Source: a virus
Reading direction: 5' to 3' (one strand)
DNA length: 64,000 nucleotides
IMG/VR virus record: IMGVR_UViG_3300040815_002027
The stretch's first letter is position 1; every line of letters starts with the position of its first letter. The notes under the pieces were generated by a model that saw nothing but the letters and a program-made list of their open reading frames with translations, was not told where the DNA came from and searched no databases. Shown one piece after another: positions 20,617 through 31,262 of this stretch. The translations under genes were made by a program, and so were the position numbers.

Positions 20617-23370
20617 ATGTCGTACGATAAATATTATTGGCTTAATGATGATGCAAGAACTTTCTTATCAAGAGGGTATATACAAGAATCTGCCGAAGAA
20701 AGAATTAAGGAAATAGCAGATGCTGCTGAAAGATTATTAGGTATCCAAGGGTTCTCTGAAAAGTTTGAAGACTATATGTCAAGAGGTTTTTATAGTCTTT
20801 CTACTCCTGTGTGGGTTAATTTCGCTAAAGATAAAGGACTGCCTATAAGTTGTTATGGCTCCTATGTTGATGATAGTATGGATTCTATGTTAGATGTTAC
20901 AAAAGAGATTGGAATGATGTCAAAATATGGAGGAGGAACTTCTGCTTATTTAGGTGATATACGGCCAAGAGGTGCTTCTATAAGAACTGGCGGTAAGGCT
21001 GATGGACCAGTACATTATGCTAAACTTTATGATACTGTTATAGATGTGTGTAAACAAGCTGAAGCAAGACGAGGTGCTTGTGCTGTATACTTACCCGTAG
21101 AACACGATGATATTTTGGAATTTTTAGATATTGCCACAGAAGGTAATCCTATTCAAAATTTACAGTATGGAGTTACTGTTGGAGATGAGTGGTTACAACA
21201 TATGAAAGATGGGGATTCCTATAAGAGAAAAGTTTGGGCGAAGATTATACAAAGAAGAGGAGAGATTGGACTTCCTTATATTATGTTCAGAACTACAGCT
21301 AACCTTAATACTCCTTACAAGTATTTACCTTATACTATAAAAGCGTCTAATCTATGTTTAACTTCTGATCAAAGGGTTGTTACCTCAAAAGGGTATTTAA
21401 CAGTACAAGAACTCTATGAAAGTGAGGAGGAGCTAATTTTGTTTGATGGAGAGAAAGAAGTTAAAGCATCAAAAATGTTATTAAGGGATGATAATTCAGA
21501 AGTTCTTAAAATAACTTATTCAAATGGAATGTCTCAAAAAGTAAGTCCTAATCACGGAATAGCTGTGTTAAATGATACTAAAAAAGATATAGTAAGAGTA
21601 GAGGCTAAAGATTTAAGAATAGGAGATTATGTTGCTACTCAAACTAATAAAGGTATCTTCGGAACAGTAGATATGAAAGATGAAGCATTTTTATTAGGAT
21701 TATATCAAGCAGATGGAACACAGCATAAAGATTCGATTATGATTGATATATGGGAAAATGATTTTGATTTAGTAGATGAAATCCAAGAAAAATTTAATAA
21801 AATACATTATGAATATGGTTGTGATACTTATCAAGTAGTTAATCAAACGGGCAAAACTAATTCTGTAAGAAAAAGAAAACCAGCTGAGTTCGTTGAGTGC
21901 TGTACTAACCAATCTACAGTTAGAAAGAAACGATTAACTTCAAGAACTTTAAAAAAAGCATTAAACTTTGAAAAAGGGTATGTTCCATCTTGGGTATGGG
22001 AGGCTAATGAAGAGACTGTATGGTCATATTTAAGAGGTCTTTTATATGCAGATGGTACAGCAAATTTAGGAACTTCTAACGGTAATCCATTACAAATAAG
22101 TTATGCTTGTATCAACAGAGGCTTTTTGGAAGAATTACAAGTATTATTTACAAATTTAGGACTCTCTTCTTCTATAAAAATATTAAGACATGCAGGAGAA
22201 ACTTTATTGCCTGATGGTAAAGGTGGTCATAAATATTATAATACTCAAGATTGTTGGCGATTAATATTTTCAAATAAAAATGATGCTTTAAAAATAGAAG
22301 AAAAAACATCTTTCCTAACAAGAAAAGGTGTGGTTATAGAGTCAAGAGATTACAGAGATAATTCTAAAAAAAGAGCAAAGGTAATATCCATAGAAAAATT
22401 AGAAAATGAACCAGTATACTGTCCGACTGTTTATACTGATGAGCATATTTTTGTTTCAAATGGGTTGAAAACTTTTAATTGTTCGGAGATAATGCTCCCT
22501 TCAGATGATGATGTATCTTTTGTTTGTTGCATAGGATCTATAAACTTACTACATTGGGATGAGATAGAGAAAACAGATGCTGTAGAAACCTATGTTTATT
22601 TTTTAAATGCAGTAATGGATGAGTTCATACAAAAGGCTTGGGATTTACCAGGAATGAAGAAAGCTCATAGATTCGCAAGAGAACATAGGGCAATAGGTGT
22701 AGGAGTTTTAGGGTATCACTCTTTACTTCAGTCTAAAAATATAGCTTTTGAGTCCTTACAAGCAAAGCAATACAATCATAAGATTTTTAGTACATTAAAA
22801 GAGCGTACAGATAAGGCTTCTCAAGATTTATATATGTCTATGCCTACAAAGTATCAATGTGTTAGAGATGGATATGCTAACTCTACTTTAATGGCTATTG
22901 CTCCTACAAAATCAAGTTCTTTTATTTTAGGTCAAGTATCTATGGGTATTGAGCCTATTAAGTCTAATTACTTCGTAAAAGATTTAGCAAAGATAAAGAC
23001 TGTATATAAGAATCCTTTCTTAAAAGCAGAGTTAGAAAAGTATAGTTTAGATACCGAAGAAGTTTGGGATAGCATTCTTAAAAAAGATGGATCCGTACAG
23101 CACTTAGATTTTCCTACAAAAGAAGTGTTCAAAACTTTTGTAGAGATTTCTCCAAAGGAAATAATTTTACAAGCAGCACAGAGGCAGAAGTATATAGACC
23201 AGTCTCAGAGTTTAAATTTACAAATACACCCTTCAATACCTGCTAAAGATATTAATCAACTATATTTATATGCTTGGGAGGAAGGTATCAAAACTCTGTA
23301 CTACCAGTTTAGTCAAAACTCTGCACAAATGTTTTCAAGAAATATTTTAGAATGTGTAAGTTGTGAGTAA
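20617..23370 (+). CDS. nrdA: Ribonucleotide reductase class I alpha subunit with intein
   Basis: STPV..N, PISC, SNL[intein]CSEI, APTKSSS, IDQSQSLN, KTLYY, C-terminal CVSCE. Confidence 0.93.
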   Translation: MSYDKYYWLNDDARTFLSRGYIQESAEERIKEIADAAERLLGIQGFSEKFEDYMSRGFYSLSTPVWVNFAKDKGLPISCYGSYVDDSMDSMLDVTKEIGMMSKYGGGTSAYLGDIRPRGASIRTGGKADGPVHYAKLYDTVIDVCKQAEARRGACAVYLPVEHDDILEFLDIATEGNPIQNLQYGVTVGDEWLQHMKDGDSYKRKVWAKIIQRRGEIGLPYIMFRTTANLNTPYKYLPYTIKASNLCLTSDQRVVTSKGYLTVQELYESEEELILFDGEKEVKASKMLLRDDNSEVLKITYSNGMSQKVSPNHGIAVLNDTKKDIVRVEAKDLRIGDYVATQTNKGIFGTVDMKDEAFLLGLYQADGTQHKDSIMIDIWENDFDLVDEIQEKFNKIHYEYGCDTYQVVNQTGKTNSVRKRKPAEFVECCTNQSTVRKKRLTSRTLKKALNFEKGYVPSWVWEANEETVWSYLRGLLYADGTANLGTSNGNPLQISYACINRGFLEELQVLFTNLGLSSSIKILRHAGETLLPDGKGGHKYYNTQDCWRLIFSNKNDALKIEEKTSFLTRKGVVIESRDYRDNSKKRAKVISIEKLENEPVYCPTVYTDEHIFVSNGLKTFNCSEIMLPSDDDVSFVCCIGSINLLHWDEIEKTDAVETYVYFLNAVMDEFIQKAWDLPGMKKAHRFAREHRAIGVGVLGYHSLLQSKNIAFESLQAKQYNHKIFSTLKERTDKASQDLYMSMPTKYQCVRDGYANSTLMAIAPTKSSSFILGQVSMGIEPIKSNYFVKDLAKIKTVYKNPFLKAELEKYSLDTEEVWDSILKKDGSVQHLDFPTKEVFKTFVEISPKEIILQAAQRQKYIDQSQSLNLQIHPSIPAKDINQLYLYAWEEGIKTLYYQFSQNSAQMFSRNILECVSCE
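21355..22479 (+). mobile_element. Intein (375 aa) with LAGLIDADG homing endonuclease in nrdA
   Basis: Starts CLTSDQRV, ends KTFN followed by C; FLLGLYQADG and YLRGLLYADG motifs; excision restores SNLCSE. Confidence 0.92.
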
Positions 23371-23582
23371 TGTTTTTAGTTGTTGTTTATAAGGAGTCAA
23401 AAAAAAGTAAAGAAAAAATTAGTATATTTACAGAAAATACTTTAGACGATTTGTTAAGTATATCCAAAAAAAAGCCTCTTCTTCCCTATGAGTACGAGAT
23501 AGTATACATAGGTGTGGGAGAGGCTTTTAAGGATAGATTTATACAGGAGTACGGTATTAGTTATAAAGAAAAAGATAAATAA
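23370..23582 (+). CDS. Hypothetical protein
   Basis: Translationally coupled ORF (TAATG overlaps). Confidence 0.6.
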   Translation: MFLVVVYKESKKSKEKISIFTENTLDDLLSISKKKPLLPYEYEIVYIGVGEAFKDRFIQEYGISYKEKDK

Positions 23583-24919
23583 TGAAGTTACGATCAAATC
23601 AAATAGAACCTGTAAATAAAGGTGTAGAGTTTTTTAATAGTAAGGACGCAAAGCCTTCTATTATAGTGGCTCCTACTGCTTTTGGGAAGTCTGTGGTAAT
23701 AGCGAGTATAGCTGACAGGATACAAGACAAGGTTATCGTTCTGCAACCATCAAAAGAATTACTAGAACAGAACTACAACAAGTATATAAATTTGGGCGGA
23801 GAGGCTAATATATTTTCTGCATCAATGAATACTAAAGAGATAGGGAACGTCACTTACGCAACTATAGGCTCTATAGTAAAAGCATCTAAAAAAGTAAAAG
23901 AACTAGGGATAAAAAAAATAATAATAGATGAGTGTGATAGATTCCCAAGAGAGCCTTCAGGTATGTTGAGGAAATTCTTAAACGCTATAAACGCATCTCA
24001 TATCTTAGGCCTTACTGCTACTCCTTTAAAGTTACAGACTAATAGAGATTTAGATGGTAATAACTTTTCTAAACTAGTAATGCTTACTAACAGATCAAGT
24101 AAGGGTAATTTTTTTAAAGATATAATCTATGTAGCTCAGATAAAAGAAATACTAGAACTTAAATACTGGACTCCTATAGTTTATGAGTCTGTTAAGTTCG
24201 ATACTGATTTCTTACTATTTAATACTTCAAAGTCTGATTATACTGAAGACTCTATAAACTATGCCTATAGAGTATCTAATGTAGAGCAAACTATAATAGA
24301 TAAAGTTAGCTCTTTGACTGACAGAAAATCTATACTTATAGCTGTACCTAGTATACAAGAAGCCGAGTCTTTGTCAAAAAAGATACCAGGTTCTGCTGTA
24401 CTGCACAGCAAACTTAATAAAGTAGATAGAGATTATATAGTAGATAACTTTAAATCTGGGAACATAAAAGTTGTTGTTCAAGTTAATATACTTACAGTAG
24501 GGTTTGATTATCCAGAATTAGATTGTCTTATATGTGCAAGACCTACGTCTTCTCTTTCTTGGTGGTATCAATTTGTGGGGAGAGGAACAAGAATACACCC
24601 TGACAAAAAAGATGTACTGGTTATAGATTTGGTGGGTTCTTTAGAAAGATTTGGTAAGGTTGAGGATCTGGTATATAAACAAGATGATAAAGGAAGATGG
24701 GAGCTGTACGGAAAGAAAGAACAAAAACTTACTTCAGTACCTATACACGAGTTTAGTATGGAATCTACATCTGATGAAGTTATTATGACTTTTGGAAAAT
24801 ATAAAGGTATACCTATTAGTAGGATGCCTAAGAGATATATTAATTGGTTATTAGAGAATGTTAGTTGGTCAGAAGAACAGATGGAGCTTAGAAATAACCT
24901 AATTAATATAATAGAATGA
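23582..24919 (+). CDS. SF2 DNA helicase (RadD/UvsW-like) with C-terminal FGKYKG domain
   Basis: APTAFGKS, IIDECD, GLTATP, LTVGFDYP, QFVGRG.R; MTFGKYKG. Confidence 0.88.
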   Translation: MKLRSNQIEPVNKGVEFFNSKDAKPSIIVAPTAFGKSVVIASIADRIQDKVIVLQPSKELLEQNYNKYINLGGEANIFSASMNTKEIGNVTYATIGSIVKASKKVKELGIKKIIIDECDRFPREPSGMLRKFLNAINASHILGLTATPLKLQTNRDLDGNNFSKLVMLTNRSSKGNFFKDIIYVAQIKEILELKYWTPIVYESVKFDTDFLLFNTSKSDYTEDSINYAYRVSNVEQTIIDKVSSLTDRKSILIAVPSIQEAESLSKKIPGSAVLHSKLNKVDRDYIVDNFKSGNIKVVVQVNILTVGFDYPELDCLICARPTSSLSWWYQFVGRGTRIHPDKKDVLVIDLVGSLERFGKVEDLVYKQDDKGRWELYGKKEQKLTSVPIHEFSMESTSDEVIMTFGKYKGIPISRMPKRYINWLLENVSWSEEQMELRNNLINIIE

Positions 24920-25628
24920 GAAGACATTACAACAGTAAATCTTTAGAAGACTTATTGTTTAAAGCTGAAAAGAAAGGAATAAGGAAACAAGTAATAGATC
25001 TAGCTTATGAACTTAATAGAGAACATAATGTAGATTTTTTTGATTCTTTTTTTGATGCTTACTTAATTGTAAAAACTCAAAACATTTATAATAATGGAGC
25101 AAATACAGGAAACAAATATACTCATAGCAAATAGAGTGCCTCCAGGAGATAGATGGATGTTAGTGGATGAGAATAATAAACCTGTAAATGGAGAAGTTAT
25201 AGAAGGCATTATAGAGGTTATGAGTGAGTATATGAGGAACAATGATTACAAAGGGGACTACAGACTGTCTCCTTTAAATGGAGAACTCTTCGTTATTAAG
25301 CACGATGTAATACAGGTAGAGAAGCCGAAGCCTAAAAAGTATGATTTATATGGTGAATTTTAAATAAAATAATGTTATGAAAGAACAAGATTTAATTGAT
25401 TTAAACTTCGATAAAATAGAAGTATCCCAAGAAGAGTCGGGATGTAATGATGCATTCTATTACTACACATATGACTTCAAGAATTTTTCTCTTATTACAG
25501 CATCCAACGATGAAATATTAGATGATAATTCTTGGTATGTAGAAATATTTGAGTATGAAGATTTTAGATTTACTGATAGAGAAGATTTAGAAAAACTCAT
25601 AGAATTGTTGGAAGCTAATAGAGCGTAG
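24916..25628 (+). CDS. Three small hypothetical ORFs (24916-25134, 25094-25363, 25377-25628)
   Basis: Closely packed + strand ORFs; no recognised motifs. Confidence 0.55.
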
Positions 25629-25632
25629 GTAT

Positions 25633-25905
25633 ATGGATTATATAATAGTGGCTGTATTGCAGATAATACAGTCTATTTTAAAAGTTTTTGATATAAAATA
25701 TAGTTATGAAAATAAAGTAGTATATTTAACTATTATCACTATCTTTATGTCTACTTTGTGGCTAATAGCTACGACAATAGGTGTGAATGCTGTTTTATCT
25801 GGAGATACTATTATGATGGCTGTTTATGTAGTGTCTTCTGGTATAGGAAAAATAATAGCTATAAAAGTATTCGGAAATCCTAGATATAGAAGAAAACATG
25901 TCTGA
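25633..25905 (+). CDS. Small membrane protein
   Basis: Three hydrophobic segments. Confidence 0.6.
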   Translation: MDYIIVAVLQIIQSILKVFDIKYSYENKVVYLTIITIFMSTLWLIATTIGVNAVLSGDTIMMAVYVVSSGIGKIIAIKVFGNPRYRRKHV

Positions 25906-28231
25906 ACAAAGAAGAGTACATAAAGATTATTTTACTGTAAAGAATAAGGAAGATGTTATTAGATGTATATCTTTATTAAAAGAGGCCAATGCAGTAGCAG
26001 TGGATACAGAAACCACTGGCTTGAATGTTAGAAAAGATAGAATAATTGGAGCATCTTTTTGTACTAAAGCGGGTATATCTTTTTATATCCCTACTTTAAT
26101 ATACAATTTAGAAACTGATTCTTTCGATGATTTTTATATAGGGAGAGTAAAAGGTTCTGACTTTTTAAAAAAAGTTTTCTTATGTCTGGTAGAGAATAAT
26201 AAAAAGATAATCACACATAACGGTTCTTTTGATACTTCTATAATATTTTACCAATATGGAGTAGACTTACTTCCTTATCTTTATTGTGAGACTACTTTAG
26301 CTGCGCATACTATTATGGAGGAAGGTGCGATAGGTTTTGGTAAACCTTTTGCTTTGAAGTCTTTGGCACAAATGCTTAAGAAGGATTTGCAATTAGATGA
26401 GGATGATGAAGCTAATCAAGAACAGATAGACTTAAAAGAAAGTATAGTAAAGAATGGAGGTAAAGTGTCTTCTACTGACTTTGAATTATACAAGGCTGAT
26501 TTTGATTTACTTTCAAAATATGCTTGTGCTGATACCGACTTAACTCTTAGATTAGCCGCCTACTTTGTGTTTAGGATAGACAAGGAGGGTATGAGGGATT
26601 TCTTTTTTAATGAAGAAGTTATGCCTGTATATAAGGAAGTAACTGTCCCTATGGAAAGAAGAGGGGTTTTACTGGATATAGACTTCATAAAAAGTACGGG
26701 AGATGAAATATCTTTACACATAGAGTCTTATAGAGAGCAGGTAGTTAATGATTTACTAAAGTTCAATAAAGTAAAACATTGGGTAATACAACAAGCTAAA
26801 ACTAAGTTCCCTTATAAAAATAAAGGATCTTTTGCTAAAAAACTAGTAGAGTATAAGAACATACCTTTAGATAAGAATAAATCAGGTAACTACTCTTTTT
26901 CTAAAAAGAACATAGAAGCCTTAGAAGATTCTCCTTATAAAAACTTTCTATTAGATGTTAATGATGTGGACTCTTCTATAGATTCTGATTTAACTAATAT
27001 AAGTTTACAGTTGTGGAAAGAGTTTAATAAAGGAGAGTATATAAACATAAGTTCTAAAAAACATTTATCTGATATATTTTTTGACTGCTTAGAATACGAG
27101 GCTATATCAGTCACTGATAAAGGAGCTAAACAAGTTAATGATGCTGTTATAGAAAAGATTGCAGAAGATGCTGAGTGGGCTAATAAGTTAAGAATATATA
27201 ATAGGCTTCTAAAGATAAAGTCTACTTATGTTGATAGACTCTTAGAGAAGAGTGATGATGGAGTTTTTTATCCGTACTTCAAACAACACGGTACAGTGAC
27301 TGGAAGATACGGAAGTGATTTACAACAGTTGCCTAAGCCTAAAGAAGACGGGGAAGATGATCCAATAGTTATTAAGTATAATAATAGGATTAGAGCATTC
27401 TTTATTTCTAGGCCTGGGTATAAGTTTATAGACTCTGATTACGAGTCATTAGAGCCTCATATCTTTGCTAGTATATCTAATGATATTAATCTACAAGAGA
27501 TATTTAATAAAGGTCATGATTTTTATAGTACGGTAGCTATACGAACAGAAAAGTTAGAGGGAGTGTCTCCTGATAAAAAAGCAGATAACTATCTTAAAAA
27601 AGTAAATCCTTCAAAGAGACAGAAAGCAAAGGCGTATGCTTTAGGTATTGCTTACGGTATGTCTGGGTTTGCTCTGGCCAAGTCTCTAGGCATACCTACT
27701 AAAGAAGGAGAAGAGTTAAGAGAAGCTTACTTAGAAGGATTTCCAGGAGTTGCTGAGTGGATAGAGGACTCAAAGGAGGAGTTTGAAAGAACTGGGGTAA
27801 TAAAGAATAAAGTAGGTAGAGCAAGACATTTAGTTAGAGGTAAGGAGGTTTTTGATAAGTATGGAAGTCAGATTTTAGATTTTGGTTTTAGAAAAGAACT
27901 AGCAAAAAATTTGGGAGAAGAAGCAGTACTAAACTTATATAGAGATTTAAAAAACTCCTATAACGCATCTCTTAATTTTCAGATACAATCTTTAGCAGCT
28001 TCTATAGTTAATAGGGCTGCTTTAAAAATAAATTTAGAGTTAAAACGTTTAGGCATAGATGGGCAAGTAGTAGCTCAGATTCATGACCAATTAATAATAG
28101 AAGTAAGAGAAGATGTAGTAGAGCAAGTTATGCCTACTGTTCAACATATAATGGAAAATACCGTTAAGTTAGAGGGTGTTACCTTAAAGTCTCCTCCAGA
28201 AATATCTTCAAACTTTTTAGAAGGACACTAG
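25898..28231 (+). CDS. polA: Family A DNA polymerase with 3'-5' exonuclease
   Basis: DTETTGL, HN..FD, YACAD exonuclease motifs; TGRY, DYESLE, KAK...LG..YG, NFQIQS, IHDQ. Confidence 0.93.
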   Translation: MSEQRRVHKDYFTVKNKEDVIRCISLLKEANAVAVDTETTGLNVRKDRIIGASFCTKAGISFYIPTLIYNLETDSFDDFYIGRVKGSDFLKKVFLCLVENNKKIITHNGSFDTSIIFYQYGVDLLPYLYCETTLAAHTIMEEGAIGFGKPFALKSLAQMLKKDLQLDEDDEANQEQIDLKESIVKNGGKVSSTDFELYKADFDLLSKYACADTDLTLRLAAYFVFRIDKEGMRDFFFNEEVMPVYKEVTVPMERRGVLLDIDFIKSTGDEISLHIESYREQVVNDLLKFNKVKHWVIQQAKTKFPYKNKGSFAKKLVEYKNIPLDKNKSGNYSFSKKNIEALEDSPYKNFLLDVNDVDSSIDSDLTNISLQLWKEFNKGEYINISSKKHLSDIFFDCLEYEAISVTDKGAKQVNDAVIEKIAEDAEWANKLRIYNRLLKIKSTYVDRLLEKSDDGVFYPYFKQHGTVTGRYGSDLQQLPKPKEDGEDDPIVIKYNNRIRAFFISRPGYKFIDSDYESLEPHIFASISNDINLQEIFNKGHDFYSTVAIRTEKLEGVSPDKKADNYLKKVNPSKRQKAKAYALGIAYGMSGFALAKSLGIPTKEGEELREAYLEGFPGVAEWIEDSKEEFERTGVIKNKVGRARHLVRGKEVFDKYGSQILDFGFRKELAKNLGEEAVLNLYRDLKNSYNASLNFQIQSLAASIVNRAALKINLELKRLGIDGQVVAQIHDQLIIEVREDVVEQVMPTVQHIMENTVKLEGVTLKSPPEISSNFLEGH

Positions 28232-28331
28232 ATGATTTATATTTTTTTTATAATATGTTTAATTATATACATTGTAGATTATGAAATAGACAAATAATTT
28301 ATTATATTTGCTTAATTAAAATAATTATATT

Positions 28332-28601
28332 ATGAGTAAAATTTTAGGTTTAGACGGAAAACAGTCTAATCAACCTCAACAAGTTCAAATGCAGATCAAC
28401 CCATTAGAACATCCTACCGTAACTTGTTCTTCTTGTGGAGATAAGTGTTTTGATGTTTCTTTCATTATTAAGAAAATAAGTAAGGTAGTCATTGGGGCTA
28501 GCACAGACCAGATGATGCCTATTCAGATATTTAGGTGTGCTAGCTGTGGAGAGATATTGAAGGAGTCTTTACCAGATCCAAAACTTTTAGGAGATGAGTA
28601 A
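28332..28601 (+). CDS. Zinc-ribbon protein
   Basis: CSSCG and CASCG pairs. Confidence 0.65.
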   Translation: MSKILGLDGKQSNQPQQVQMQINPLEHPTVTCSSCGDKCFDVSFIIKKISKVVIGASTDQMMPIQIFRCASCGEILKESLPDPKLLGDE

Positions 28602-28797
28602 GATAGAGGAATCTGTTATTAATAAGATAAGAAGCAGAGCAGAGACAGGAGAAAAGAAGTATGGAGTAACTATGGAAAGAAATGATTTAACTTTACTACA
28701 GTGGATAAATCATCTACAAGAAGAGTTACTAGATGCTTCTGTATATATAGAAAAAGTGTTACAAGAATTAAAAAATAATGAACATAAAAGAACTTAA
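28594..28797 (+). CDS. Small all-alpha NTP-PPase-like phage protein
   Basis: R...G.KKYG.T..R.DL...W..HLQEELLDA..Y. Confidence 0.55.
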   Translation: MSKIEESVINKIRSRAETGEKKYGVTMERNDLTLLQWINHLQEELLDASVYIEKVLQELKNNEHKRT

Positions 28798-29752
28798 GGA
28801 AAGTATAGACAAATCATTTCAAGAAGAAACTACTAAAGAAGGTTATGGCAGAATTTCCTTCTCACAATACAGTCTATTTGCTAAGTGTCCTAAGAGTTGG
28901 GAGTTAGCTTACGGAAAAGGATTACGAACTTATTTACCTAGTATACACACCGCCTTCGGTACAGCGTTTCATGAAACGTTACAGAACTTTCTACAACTAT
29001 ATTTAGAAGATAAAAAATCTGAAGCTTTGTCTATAGATTTAAAAGATTATCTTAAAAATAAGATGCTTGAAGTATACACTTCTGAGCTTAATAATGTAGA
29101 CGGAAAGCACTTCTCTACTCCAGAAGAATTAGCTGAATTTTATAAAGATGGTTGTGATATAATAAACTTTCTTAACTATAGAAGGGATTTATACTTTGAT
29201 CCAGAAAGATATAGTATGTTAGGGATCGAGGCTCCTTTATTTCTGCAAGCTATCGAAACTAATGATAAAGTAAATATGTTATCATTTGTAGATATAGTTC
29301 TGTACGATAAGAAGTTAGACAGAGTTAAAATAGTTGACATAAAGACATCTACTAGAGGTTGGGGGAAATGGGCGGTAGAAGATGAGATAAAAGTATCTCA
29401 AGTATACTTATACCGACATTACTTTTCTAAACAATACGGATACCCTATAGATAAGATTGATGTTGAATTTTTTATAGTTATCAGAAAACTGGATAATAGA
29501 GTACAAATATTTACTCCTCCTATTTCTGAAGAAGCTCAACAGAGTGCGTTAGATAACATTCAGAGTTTTATAGACTACTGTTTTAATGATGACGGATCTT
29601 ATAACTTAGATAATGAGTTTATAGCAATTCCTGGGGAGAGGTCTAAAAACTGTAAATTCTGTGAGTTCAAAGATAATTATGACTTGTGTCCTAAAGAGCA
29701 AAGACTGACTCCTGCTAAGTACAGAAAGTATTTAGAGAATAATAAACAATAA
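28778..29752 (+). CDS. PD-(D/E)xK exonuclease (Cas4/RecB-like)
   Basis: SFSQ...F.KCP, FGTAFHE, VD..., IVDIKT, Q..LY, C.FC.F...C. Confidence 0.85.
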   Translation: MNIKELKESIDKSFQEETTKEGYGRISFSQYSLFAKCPKSWELAYGKGLRTYLPSIHTAFGTAFHETLQNFLQLYLEDKKSEALSIDLKDYLKNKMLEVYTSELNNVDGKHFSTPEELAEFYKDGCDIINFLNYRRDLYFDPERYSMLGIEAPLFLQAIETNDKVNMLSFVDIVLYDKKLDRVKIVDIKTSTRGWGKWAVEDEIKVSQVYLYRHYFSKQYGYPIDKIDVEFFIVIRKLDNRVQIFTPPISEEAQQSALDNIQSFIDYCFNDDGSYNLDNEFIAIPGERSKNCKFCEFKDNYDLCPKEQRLTPAKYRKYLENNKQ

Positions 29753-29789
29753 AAAATATATTTATACATAGAGTTCTAAATATAATATA

Positions 29790-30341
29790 ATGGAGTTACC
29801 TAAGTTAGTAAAACCTAGACCCACTAAAAAGAAGATACTTCTATTATCAGATGACTTAAGACTACATTCTGGTGTAGGTACTATGAGTCGAGAGTTTGTT
29901 TTAGGCACTGCTGAACAATTTGATTGGTTTCAGTTAGGTGCAGCTATAAAACATCCTGACCAAGGTAAGATAATTGATGTATCTGAAGATGTTAATAAAG
30001 AGTTAGGCATCGACCATGCAGACGTTAAAGTAATGCCTTGGTCTGGATATGGAGACCCGCAAATACTAAGATATTTGTTAGAGACTGTAAAACCAGATGC
30101 TATACTTCATTTTACTGATCCAAGATTTTGGCAGTGGTTATATCACATGGAACATGAGATTAGACAGCAATGTCCTATAGTATATTATGCTATATGGGAT
30201 GATACTCCGTTCCCTAATTACAATTGGTTATCTTACGCATCTTGTGACATGATATTGGGGATTAGTAAGCAATCCCACAATATTCATAATAATGTTTTAA
30301 GAAACAATAACCAAAAAGTAATAGACTTAGATGAACAATAG
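29790..30341 (+). CDS. GT-B (GT4-like) glycosyltransferase, N-terminal half
   Basis: KKKILLLSDD...SGV, KPDAI..F.DP, IWD. Confidence 0.7.
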   Translation: MELPKLVKPRPTKKKILLLSDDLRLHSGVGTMSREFVLGTAEQFDWFQLGAAIKHPDQGKIIDVSEDVNKELGIDHADVKVMPWSGYGDPQILRYLLETVKPDAILHFTDPRFWQWLYHMEHEIRQQCPIVYYAIWDDTPFPNYNWLSYASCDMILGISKQSHNIHNNVLRNNNQKVIDLDEQ

Positions 30342-31260
30342 AACTATTTACACAGCCTATGTCCCACATGGTATAAACGAAAATGCTTTTAGGCCTATCG
30401 TAGAAGGGGACAAAGATTACGAAGATTTTATTAAGTTTAAGAATGAGTTCCTTTCTAAACATGATTTGAACTTTATTGTATTCTGGAATAATAGGAACAT
30501 AAGAAGAAAGCAGCCTGGAGACGTTATCTTATCTTTCAGGCACTTTACAAACACTCTGAGTGAGGAACAGGCAAAGCATGTCGGTCTGTTTATGCACACT
30601 CAGGTCTCTGATGAGAATGGAACTAATTTAAAAGCAGTTAAAGAAGCAGTCTGCCCTGACTGTAATATTATTTTTTCTGATGCAAAGATTTCCTCTAAAG
30701 AGTTAAACTTTTTTTATAACCTATCAGATGTTACTTTAAATATAGCATCGAATGAAGGGTTCGGTTTAAGTGGGGCTGAGTCTATTATGGCAGGGACTCC
30801 TATCATAAATAATGTTACAGGAGGACTACAAGACCAGTGTAGGTTTGAGGACAGTGAAGGTAACTGGATAAACTTTGATTCTACTATAACTTCTAATCAT
30901 ACAGGACACTATACAAATCACGGGACTTGGGTAAAGCCTGTGTACCCTAGCAACAGATCTTTGCAAGGTTCTGTACCTACTCCTTATATATTTGATGATA
31001 GATGTAAGTTTGAGGATGTGTCAAAAGCTATAGGGTATTGGTATTATATAAAACCTGAAAAAAGAAAACAGCTAGGCCTTGAAGGAAGAAAGTGGGCGGT
31101 AAGTGAAGAATCTGGTATGTCATCTAAAGAGATGTGTAATAGATTTGTAAAACATATTAATTTTTTATTAGAGAACTGGACTCCTACTGAGAACTTTACG
31201 GTTACTAAGGTAGATAAATTTGAGAGTTCTTTTTCAGAAAATATAGGTATAACTTGGTAA
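30331..31260 (+). CDS. GT-B (GT4-like) glycosyltransferase, C-terminal half
   Basis: YVPHGI, NRNIRRK, SNEGFGLS..ES..AGTP.I. Confidence 0.8.
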   Translation: MNNRTIYTAYVPHGINENAFRPIVEGDKDYEDFIKFKNEFLSKHDLNFIVFWNNRNIRRKQPGDVILSFRHFTNTLSEEQAKHVGLFMHTQVSDENGTNLKAVKEAVCPDCNIIFSDAKISSKELNFFYNLSDVTLNIASNEGFGLSGAESIMAGTPIINNVTGGLQDQCRFEDSEGNWINFDSTITSNHTGHYTNHGTWVKPVYPSNRSLQGSVPTPYIFDDRCKFEDVSKAIGYWYYIKPEKRKQLGLEGRKWAVSEESGMSSKEMCNRFVKHINFLLENWTPTENFTVTKVDKFESSFSENIGITW

Positions 31261-31262
31261 AT

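Noticed and set aside
28778-29752. Cas4-like nuclease as part of the CRISPR locus
   Set aside because: Lies 23 kb away in the replication module; solo Cas4-like nucleases are common in phages. A role in adaptation cannot be supported.
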